DNA from: Mantamonas sphyraenae STR306
Lineage: Eukaryota; Protista; CRuMs
Length of the DNA stretch: 64,000 nt
Reading direction: 5' to 3'
Assembly: GCA_026936335.1 (NCBI GenBank)
Contig: JAPMXV010000005.1
Span: 310,001-374,000 of the forward strand
How positions within the stretch are numbered: position 1 is the stretch's first letter; every line of letters begins with the position of its first letter. Below the pieces are notes generated by a model, which had not been told where the DNA came from, ran no database searches, and worked only from the letters and a program-made list of their open reading frames with translations. Position numbers and translations under genes: made by a program. Of this stretch, positions 56,152-64,000 are shown in pieces.

Positions 56152-57601
56152 TGCGAATGGGATTCGAGATTTCGTGCGCAAGGCAGCGGCCGCTCTGCGA
56201 ATTTCCTTGAAAGCTGCGACGCTTGTGGACGCCGCCACTGGGGAGCAGCTGACGGGAAAGAGCACCCTTGTGGAAGGAATGCGCATTTGTGTGGTGGAAC
56301 CACGAAAGAAGCCTCGTAAGGGGGTGGAGGCTGTGGAAAGCACAGTGGCGGAGTCGCAAGGGTCACAAGTGTCGGCGCTTGTGGCGATTGAGTTGTCGCA
56401 GAAGCGGAGGACGAGGAGGAGCGATGTGGAGGTGTGTCTGGTGGCAGAAGCGTCGCCTGTGGAGGAAGAGGCGATGAAGCAGTTGGAAAATGTGGCTGAA
56501 GGGCTGGACAACGTAGTGGCGGCGGCGGGGATGCCCGATCTGCACGTCGGCCCGACGTATCCGATTGGGGCAAGCATTGCGACGGATGGGGTGCTCTTTC
56601 CCGTTCTCATTGGAACAGACATTGGGTGCGGGATGCGGCTTGTGGAAACACCGCTGAAGGCAGGGAAGGGAGCAAAGAAAAGCTGGATTTCGCGCTTGGA
56701 GGAGGACATGGAGACGCCTGTGGAGGAGGAGGAGCTGAACAGCTGGTTGCAAGAGCAAGGTCTGGGCCAGGCAGCGGAAGAGGTTCCGTTTGCGTCAAGC
56801 ATGGGGACGATCGGAAGGGGCAACCACTTTGCGGAATTGGTGGAGGTGGATGAGGTGGTTGACGAAGAGGCTTTTGAGGCCATGGGGCTGGACAAGCAGC
56901 GTATGCAGCTGCTGGTGCACAGTGGCAGCCGTGGTTTTGGAAAGTCCATTTTGAACGCGCATCTAGAGGCGAACGGCAACACAGGCATGCGCGAAGGGAG
57001 CACGGAGGGGCTCAAGTACCTGGAGCAACATGACCTAGCTTGCCAATGGGCAGTAGCCAACCGGGGGTTGATTGTGCGTCGCTTTCTGCGGTGCTGTGGG
57101 GTTGCAGACGAGTACCTGGACGGGACAAAGGTGGTGCTGGACATCTGGCACAACTTTATGGAGAAAGTGCATTTTGCCGGAGTGGACAAAGACCTATGGG
57201 TGCATCGCAAGGGTGCAGCGCCATCCACAGAGCCAGTGGCTGTTGTTCCGGGCTCGCGTGGAGACTTCAGCTGGCTGGTGCGGTGCTGCACTGAAAGTTC
57301 TGAAGCGCTGGAGCGGGCCTCATTCAGCATTGCACATGGGAGTGGGCGACAGATGAGCCGCTCCAAGGCGTTTTCCATGGCCAAGGACCGGTTCAGCGTG
57401 TCGCAACTGCGGACAACGGAACTGGACAGCACGGTGATCTGCAATGACAAAACACTGCTCTACGAAGAGTTTCCAGGGGCTTACAAGGCCTCGACGCCAG
57501 TTGTGGAGGACCTGGTTGCAAATGGATTGGTGACGGTCGTGGCCAAGCTGCGTCCTGTGTTGACGTTCAAAGTCGGCGGAGGCGGGAAGCGGGATGGATG
57601 A
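56054..57601 (+). CDS. rtcB: RtcB-family RNA ligase, RtcB2 (release-factor-H-coupled) subtype, with extra N-terminal KHA/ubiquitin-like domain
   Basis: MPDLH.G..YPIG, IGTDIGCGM, GTIGRGNHFAE, VHSGSRG, HN, HRKGAAP, PGSRG..SWLV, AHGSGR, VIC.DK.LLYEE.P.AYK, LRPVLTFK; intronless. Confidence 0.92.
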   Translation: MSTRGIKSKRVTVFAVKGEDTEDGEQGTAVQCNANGIRDFVRKAAAALRISLKAATLVDAATGEQLTGKSTLVEGMRICVVEPRKKPRKGVEAVESTVAESQGSQVSALVAIELSQKRRTRRSDVEVCLVAEASPVEEEAMKQLENVAEGLDNVVAAAGMPDLHVGPTYPIGASIATDGVLFPVLIGTDIGCGMRLVETPLKAGKGAKKSWISRLEEDMETPVEEEELNSWLQEQGLGQAAEEVPFASSMGTIGRGNHFAELVEVDEVVDEEAFEAMGLDKQRMQLLVHSGSRGFGKSILNAHLEANGNTGMREGSTEGLKYLEQHDLACQWAVANRGLIVRRFLRCCGVADEYLDGTKVVLDIWHNFMEKVHFAGVDKDLWVHRKGAAPSTEPVAVVPGSRGDFSWLVRCCTESSEALERASFSIAHGSGRQMSRSKAFSMAKDRFSVSQLRTTELDSTVICNDKTLLYEEFPGAYKASTPVVEDLVANGLVTVVAKLRPVLTFKVGGGGKRDG

Positions 57602-57608
57602 GCGATGA

Positions 57609-59346
57609 ATGAAGAAGGCAATGCAGCTGGTTGACCGGTCCGTTGATGAGGTTCGAAGCTTGGGAAATGCATCCAGGGTCTGCCGCGTGACTCAGCAAGT
57701 GCGTCGTTTGGCACACGACAAACAAAGAGAGTGGCAAGGCCGTCGACACATGACATCAACAACGACGAGAGTGACAAAAGTGCGTGGCGTGTGTGTGTGT
57801 CATGACCCGCCAGTACGGAGCATCAACTGACACCGGGAATTCGTCGCAGCTGGATCTCAGTCGAGATCTGGACAGGGACCAGCGAGAGAATGTCTGCAAG
57901 GCACTGGAACAGGGGGTGGGTGATCATGGGAAATGGCTGCAGACCCTTGTGCTCGATAGATGCAAGATGGGCGTGCAAGGAGCGGAGTTGCTGGGCGACC
58001 TGGTGCCAGCCCTTCCGGCGCTGAAATCGCTTTCAGCGACGTACAACATGCTTGGAGACGAGGGTGCCGCGTCTGTTGGTACAGCCTTTGGGAAACACCA
58101 ATGTCTGCGCTCGTTGCTCCTCGGACACAACGACATCCGGGCCCGCGGAGCAGAAGCGCTGGCTCAGGCATTTGCCGACAATGACTTTCTGGAGGAAGTG
58201 GACCTGGCCTGCAATTCGATCGGTGATGATGGAGCAGAGGCAATGGCCTGGATGCTGCGTTCTAACCGCACGCTGCGCACGTTGTTGTTGCAGTCAAACA
58301 GCATCACAGAGAAGGGTGCCGCAGACTTTGGGCAAGCGTTGGCTGCAAACAGAACATTGCGAACCCTCAACCTGTACAACAACAAGATGCGAGACATCGG
58401 CGCAGCGGCTTTGGCTGCTGGACTGGAGGGAAACACTTCGTTGAGGTACCTGGACGCTGGATTCTGCGAAATCGGCGACGACGGGGTCGAGGCACTTGCG
58501 CGCGCTCTCAAAACCAACAGCACACTGGAGGCGCTGAAACTGAACGGCAACGAAATCAATTCCAATGGCGGGGATGCGCTTGGCATGGCACTGGCTGTGA
58601 ACAAAGGGTTGTGGTCGCTTTCTCTGTGGGAAAACGTGTTGGGTCCATCTGGAAGCAGGGCACTGTGCAGGGGGTTGGCAAGCAACACCACACTGCGTTT
58701 CCTCGATATTGCCAGCGTTGATATGGGCTCAACTGGGTTCAGTGCGCTGTCCAAAGCTTTGGAGGAGAATCACACGCTTCAGGGGATCGAAATGGGCGGC
58801 GACAACGGGGATGTGGATGTGCTGCACTTGTTGCAAGCACTGGAAAACGGCAACAGGGCGCTCTGCAAATGTGGTGGGGTGTACCTGGCAGGACATGACG
58901 TGATGCTTCAGCGCAACGCCGCGGCTGCAGCTGCCTTGACTCAAGCTTGTGCTGAAGGAGACTCGACCAACATGGTCAAGTGGCTAGACCGAGGCGTACC
59001 AGTGGATGCAGTTGTGGAAACCAACATGGCACCTCGCGGGCGTACGGGTCTGGAGATGGCTTTGGTGGCTGAGCAGGACGAGGCGATTGCACTTTTGCGC
59101 GAGCGTGGCGCGCGCGTGCGGCTGCAAACGATGGAACTGGCCATGGCAAAACCCTGGCGCACCGAATGGCACTGGATGTGGGCCCCGGAGGTGGATGGGG
59201 CGATGGAGGCTGCATTGATGATGAACTGGGAGGAAAGAGAGGCGATGTTTGAGGCGGGCGGGATGGAGGCGTACGAAGCGAGTGCGCTGTGGTGGACGCT
59301 GCCAGATGAGGTGATGGAGAGGGTGCTTGGATGGATTGTTTGTTGA
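57609..59346 (+). CDS. RI-type (NLRC3-like) LRR + ankyrin + C-terminal F-box-like motif protein, paralogue 3
   Basis: Regular LRRs (LRTLNLYNNKMRDIGAAALA), ankyrin GRTGLEMAL, tail WWTLPDEVMERVLGW; probable intron 57780-57849; start uncertain (57609, 57621 or 57750). Confidence 0.85.
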
Positions 59347-59350
59347 TGCC

Positions 59351-62300
59351 TCACAGCAGGGCGAGCTCACCAAGAGTCAACACCTCCTTCCTCCACTCGA
59401 CAAACTCGTTCACAAACAAAACACGCACTGTCTCGTCAAACGCATCCGGGTGGGCTTCGTCCACACGGCCGAGGCGGTGTGATTGCTCGACCAGCACTCC
59501 ATACTCGATCATGTCCAAGTACTCGTCTTCGTCTTCGTCAAAGAAGCGGCCCACCACCTCGTTCATCTCGTCCATGCGCTTGTCTGTGGTCCACTGTGCA
59601 AACCCGTCGCGGTACGCTCGTGCGGCACGCAGAAAGTCGAGCTCACTCTTTTCGTGGCCGATGGCATGGCGCAGCACGTACTTGACAAACTTGGTACGGA
59701 GGATGTTGTCCGACATGGTTGCGGTCACGGACTCGACGCGATCTTCCACAGAGGGTCCGTCGCGCAGGTCGTTCATGCCCTTCTGGAACTCGGTCAGCGG
59801 GTGTTGGAAGTGTTCGAGCACAACGCCGTCAAAGAGCTTGTCGTTCAGCTCGTGGTTTCCCAGACGCCTGAGGATATCCACCAGCAAGCCGTACTCCACC
59901 TCCACGCATTCCTCCGCATCTTCATCCAAGTACTCCTCGACCACCGAGTTTGCCGCGTCGGCAACCTCCTCCTCGGCATTGGGGCGGTCGTGGACGATGT
60001 TGTGGTACCGGCGCACACCTAGCCACAGACCCTGGAGCGTGTCGGACAGTACGTCCTGGCCCGCTCCGCCGTTGCCGTAGAATGTATCTGCAAAGCGGAA
60101 GTAGCGCGAGCGCAGCGCTGGCTCGTCCAGGACGTGCTCAAGCGATTCCAGCGCATGGGCAATGTTCTTGGGACCCTTGTCACTGGCAGCCACCAGTTGT
60201 TGGACGATTTCCGCATGCGTGCTGCGTCGCACACGGTCGTCCATAGTGACGACAGAGGTCATGCCGCGCGCCTTGGCTGCCTTCTTTACCCTCTCGCTCT
60301 CTTCAAACATGCCGAGAACCTTTGCGCGCTCGGCCATCTGCTCGTTGTGGATACGGCGCTCCTCCAGCTGCTTGGCCAGGTTCGCCTCCATTTCCTTTAC
60401 GATCTTCTTGCTTCGCGCAATCTTGATAAACTCGCGCACAATCACCACACCCAAAAACGCAAGGGTGACCGAATTGAGCACAAGCAACACGATGCTGATG
60501 AGCCAGTGGTCGTCTTCGGTTGTCTCTGAGCTGTAGAACATAAGGCCGGTCATCAGAGTCACGGTCGTCGCACCCAGGCTCATGGTTTCCAAACGTGTGG
60601 CCTCGGCCTCTGCAAACGGCCTTGCGTACAAGTGCATGACGAGGGCGGCCATGCACATCCACAGACCTGCGTACAGCTGCGTGAGCGGTTCGTCACTCCA
60701 GCGCACAATGATGGCCACCACCATCAGCTTGCGCGTCATGATGACGATCTCCCAGAAGTAGCGGTTCTTGGAGTAGCCGTCGTACAGGAAGCGGTAGCGC
60801 GCCATCACAGTCGGCTGGCGCAGGCGCTTGCGGTTCTTTACGAGGATGCCCAACCCGACGAGAAGGACGCCGAGACAGTATACGAGGACAAAAAGGTAGC
60901 CCCAGGTGTTGAGGTAGTACAGATACTGATCGCTTGCGCAGTTGATGCGCATGTCTGCCTCCAGGTAGCGCGACCCGTCTTCCAGCGTGATGCAATTGAA
61001 CATTTGGAACACGGCCTTGGACACCATCGGATGGGCGATGAACAGCACCACCATGAGGGTCAGCGCATACATGTTGCGCAGATGGTAACGCCACGCCTTG
61101 TTGTAGGGCAGCTTCTCTCGTGTTTGCAATGCTTCTTTGCCCCTCTCCATGCGCTCCTTCATGCGGTCCAGCAAACGGTCACGGTCGTCTTCGCTTGTGA
61201 CGCGCAGCGTCTCGCGCTCGATTTCAAGGTTCGGGCGCGCCACCTTGATTCCAAAGTGCTTGGAAATGCGTGTGGCCCACAGATACACGGCGCCGTAGAC
61301 GACCAGGGGCGCAAAGATGGTGAAGACGGGAAACATCATGTAGCCGTTGAGCTGGTCAAAGTAGGTCCAGCCGGTGGCACAGTCGATGGGATGCAGACGG
61401 AGGCTAAAGAGGGCCACACCGCCGCTGCTAAACAGCCCTTGTGTTTCGGCGGCCCAATTCAGGCGGAACTCGCCAATGAAGGCCAGCACTTGCATGTAGT
61501 TGAGGGCAATCTTCATCATGATGGACGCCTGCGACTTTTCGCCGGTCGAGGTGCGGATGAGGAAAAGGAGCATGGCTGTAGCAGCGGTGAAGAAGAGCAC
61601 CACCAGCGTCCAGTTGTCCGAGTCTTCGCCGCAGATGAGACATGCCTCGCCGAGTTTGCCGTAGCCGTCTTCGCACACGGCACAGAGGGGGCCACGATAT
61701 CCTGTGGCGCAGGTGCTATTGGGGCCACCCTTGCACGCATCCGGGTACGGGCACGCAATGTACTGGTCGGTGCCGGCACGGATGCCAAAGAAACCCCTTT
61801 GGGCTTGAATGCCGCCAGCTTGCGTGCACACAGCTCCGAGGGTGCACTTGAGGCAAGTGCGTTGGCCGTTTACGCTACGTTCGTAGAAGCCGTCGACGCA
61901 TGTGCACTGGGCTTGCGAAACGGCAGCTTCCTGGCCCTCGGTGTCCATGAAGGGCGGGCACGCGTTGCATTCCACCTGGCCTCTGAGCTGCTGGTAGGAC
62001 GACTCTGGGCAAGGTGTGCACGGCGACGTCTCGCTGACTGAAAAGTAGCCTGGGCGACAGCGGCACTGGTACCCGGATTCATCGGGCTCTGTGTTTGCGC
62101 GAACATCTTCCGCGCAGGTGATCACACGCACTGCGCCGGGCATGCTGAGGGTGCCGATGTTGGGCGTGGACGACACCGTGTAGGAGTAGGTGAAGCCCCA
62201 GCGGCCCTGGAACTGCAGCGCGGTGAAACGCACGACACCGTTCTGGTCGCTGGTCTGTGCGTCGCCCTGCAGCTGGCGCACGGAAGGACTGACTGCGATG

Positions 62301-64000
62301 GCCAGGGCCACTCCTGTTCGATTGGCCTGGTTGCCAGCCCGGTCGAGCAGTCGGAATGTGGGCGGACTTGGCATGGGCCCCGTGTTTCGATACGACGTCG
62401 TGCCGTTGTTCACGAGCACAAAGGATGCGGCCGGGCCAGCAAGGACGTGCACCTGCACGTCGACGGCACCAAAGCCGCGGGGGCTAAACGTAACGATGTA
62501 GGGACCCTCCACAGCGTTCACCAGGAGGTCGTCAAAGGTGACGAGACCTCCGACCAGGTCACGTGCGAGGGTGCCCCCGATCATCACAGTAGCGTCGTTG
62601 CCGAGCTTCTGGTTGTTGCTGTTGGAGGTGGACACACGGTGCACGGAGCCCGACACGGTCACGCGGGTCACGGCGACGCCGGGCACGACGCCACGGCCAG
62701 CATCGACAATTTGCAGGTTGACGGGAGGGCTGAGAAGGACGCCCAGGTTTGCAGAGCCCGTGTAGGAGACCGTGCGTGTTGCGTTGCCATCGAGGACCAC
62801 TTGCTCGGGAAAGCCCGTGGTCACGTTGAGAGCGACATCTGTGCTTTGGATGCCCTGCGAGGAGAAGCGCAATACATGGACGCCACGGACGGGGCGGGTG
62901 AGCTGCAGGTCAGCAAACTGGACGACGCCCACGCTGCTGAACACGGTGCGCGTGCCCTGCCAGGACAGAGGTACAAACGCGTCGTTTTCACGGTCAAAGG
63001 ACCCTGGGCTGGACGCGAGGGTGACTTCCACTCGGCGTTGGGCCTGGTCTGCGACGCCCAAGAGATTGCCGCCAATATCCACCATGGCCAGGTTGACGGC
63101 GCCGACAAAGACGACGCGGCTGGCAGGCAGCTGCTTGTTTGCACTCTGGGACGTTTCTGTCCATGCATGCGGCTGGCCGACACCGACGCGTACCTGCGCC
63201 TGCACAGTTGCCAGCGAGCCGCTGGCAAAGGTGAACAGGTAGGTGCCGACGCGTGGCCTGGTGAGCGTCATGCCAGACACAACCACGGAGCCATTGCGTA
63301 GGTGCAAACTGGCGGGGAGGTTTGCCGACAGAGTGCCGTTGAGCTTGGTGCCATTGACCGAGCGCACGTTGGCGGCGTCGGAGGTGCCGACAAACACCCC
63401 GGCTGCATCCAGGAGGCGCAACTCGAAATCCACGACGGTGAGCGGGTCGGCACTCGGGTAGAGACGCTGGTCGAGTCCTGCGGCAAGAGCGATGCGCACA
63501 GGCGCACCGATGCGCACATGGACCTGGGTCGAGTCTTTTGTCACGGACAGGCCCGCCAGTCCGACAAACTCGAGGACAAACGGAGAGGCCTCACTGCTGG
63601 GTGCCTGAAGTTGCAGGGAGCTAAAAGTGGCCTCGCTTCCCTCGATGGCGACGACCTTTGTGCCGGAGAGGGGCACGGCGGGCTGTGCGGTGACTTGCAG
63701 CTGCTTGCCTGCTCCCAGACGGGTTGGCTTGCCGCCCGCGTCGAGAACGCGCACGGTGATGGCGTCGAGGTCCACCGTGACTGCAGTTGGGTGAGGAGTG
63801 GTCGTGTAGGGCACGACGGCCAACTGAGTGGGCTGCCCTTCGGTGATGTTGACCTGGATGCTCGTGTTGCTCAGGCCGGCGGTGACAAAGACGACGGTGT
63901 GCAGACCCTGCACAGGGCGGACAGCCTGCAAACCGCTGAAATGCAGCCTGCCGTTGCGCATCTGTTGCACAACGGGGCCGGCCAAGGCGAGGGAGGGGCT
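59351..64000 (-). CDS. Giant surface receptor-like protein (5' partial): Ig/invasin-like repeats, Cys-rich GCC2/GCC3-like repeats, multi-TM (TRP_N/DUF7630-like) region, two RGS-like domains
   Basis: Repeated ~110-aa beta units (LLDAAG..F..L), CRCRPGYF..CTPCP, C..GY.GPLCAVC, KIALNYMQV, FLYDGY...YFWE....RK, and two RGS-like C-terminal units. Confidence 0.8.
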   Translation of the reverse strand, partial: SPSLALAGPVVQQMRNGRLHFSGLQAVRPVQGLHTVVFVTAGLSNTSIQVNITEGQPTQLAVVPYTTTPHPTAVTVDLDAITVRVLDAGGKPTRLGAGKQLQVTAQPAVPLSGTKVVAIEGSEATFSSLQLQAPSSEASPFVLEFVGLAGLSVTKDSTQVHVRIGAPVRIALAAGLDQRLYPSADPLTVVDFELRLLDAAGVFVGTSDAANVRSVNGTKLNGTLSANLPASLHLRNGSVVVSGMTLTRPRVGTYLFTFASGSLATVQAQVRVGVGQPHAWTETSQSANKQLPASRVVFVGAVNLAMVDIGGNLLGVADQAQRRVEVTLASSPGSFDRENDAFVPLSWQGTRTVFSSVGVVQFADLQLTRPVRGVHVLRFSSQGIQSTDVALNVTTGFPEQVVLDGNATRTVSYTGSANLGVLLSPPVNLQIVDAGRGVVPGVAVTRVTVSGSVHRVSTSNSNNQKLGNDATVMIGGTLARDLVGGLVTFDDLLVNAVEGPYIVTFSPRGFGAVDVQVHVLAGPAASFVLVNNGTTSYRNTGPMPSPPTFRLLDRAGNQANRTGVALAIAVSPSVRQLQGDAQTSDQNGVVRFTALQFQGRWGFTYSYTVSSTPNIGTLSMPGAVRVITCAEDVRANTEPDESGYQCRCRPGYFSVSETSPCTPCPESSYQQLRGQVECNACPPFMDTEGQEAAVSQAQCTCVDGFYERSVNGQRTCLKCTLGAVCTQAGGIQAQRGFFGIRAGTDQYIACPYPDACKGGPNSTCATGYRGPLCAVCEDGYGKLGEACLICGEDSDNWTLVVLFFTAATAMLLFLIRTSTGEKSQASIMMKIALNYMQVLAFIGEFRLNWAAETQGLFSSGGVALFSLRLHPIDCATGWTYFDQLNGYMMFPVFTIFAPLVVYGAVYLWATRISKHFGIKVARPNLEIERETLRVTSEDDRDRLLDRMKERMERGKEALQTREKLPYNKAWRYHLRNMYALTLMVVLFIAHPMVSKAVFQMFNCITLEDGSRYLEADMRINCASDQYLYYLNTWGYLFVLVYCLGVLLVGLGILVKNRKRLRQPTVMARYRFLYDGYSKNRYFWEIVIMTRKLMVVAIIVRWSDEPLTQLYAGLWMCMAALVMHLYARPFAEAEATRLETMSLGATTVTLMTGLMFYSSETTEDDHWLISIVLLVLNSVTLAFLGVVIVREFIKIARSKKIVKEMEANLAKQLEERRIHNEQMAERAKVLGMFEESERVKKAAKARGMTSVVTMDDRVRRSTHAEIVQQLVAASDKGPKNIAHALESLEHVLDEPALRSRYFRFADTFYGNGGAGQDVLSDTLQGLWLGVRRYHNIVHDRPNAEEEVADAANSVVEEYLDEDAEECVEVEYGLLVDILRRLGNHELNDKLFDGVVLEHFQHPLTEFQKGMNDLRDGPSVEDRVESVTATMSDNILRTKFVKYVLRHAIGHEKSELDFLRAARAYRDGFAQWTTDKRMDEMNEVVGRFFDEDEDEYLDMIEYGVLVEQSHRLGRVDEAHPDAFDETVRVLFVNEFVEWRKEVLTLGELALL

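Noticed and set aside
54934-57450. 838-aa minus-strand ORF and other long antisense ORFs (e.g. 1890-5209 +, 7986-9008 -, 26588-27976 -)
   Set aside because: Shadows of real genes in GC-rich DNA with no recognisable motifs.
54491-57613. Bacterial-style operon with ATGA translational coupling, or bacterial contamination
   Set aside because: These ATGs lie inside the AATGAA motif seen at many gene ends, alternative downstream ATGs exist, LRR3 has a probable spliceosomal intron, and flanking genes are eukaryotic. Polycistronic transcription is unsupported without cDNA.
1-64000. tRNA, rRNA, transposase or alternative genetic code; species assignment
   Set aside because: None was recognised by eye, conserved proteins translate with the standard code, and the sequence alone does not let me name the lineage.

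Overview
Very gene-dense, GC-rich eukaryotic (protist-like) nuclear DNA, not prokaryotic. It holds about 29 protein-coding genes with short GT-AG introns (donors GTACGT/GTGAGT/GTATGT, branch-like CTGAC/CTCAC), and intergenic gaps are often under 150 bp. The organism has mitochondria (ADP/ATP carrier, IF3) and is probably flagellated (axonemal dynein light-chain domain). Recognisable genes: ANT, C2CD5, Fpk1/Nrc-2-type kinase, CRAL-TRIO, COPB2, PUS10, IF3, GALM and an MscS channel. Most notable: (1) at 53.2-59.3 kb, three paralogous RI-type LRR + ankyrin + C-terminal F-box-like genes enclose an intronless bacterial-type RtcB2 RNA ligase, a candidate ribotoxin-defence/RNA-repair locus; (2) at 79-460 (minus strand), an antimicrobial-peptide-like precursor missed by the ORF track; (3) an intronic U46/snR63-type C/D snoRNA in COPB2; (4) an NHL protein with about six 500-bp coding tandem repeats; (5) a giant 7TM-like receptor with tandem RGS-like domains; (6) a SNAPC5-like gene; (7) AATGAA recurring at gene 3' ends, and a G-skew independent of gene orientation. 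Several frameshifts look like assembly indels. All family calls come from motif recognition by eye; no database search was run.
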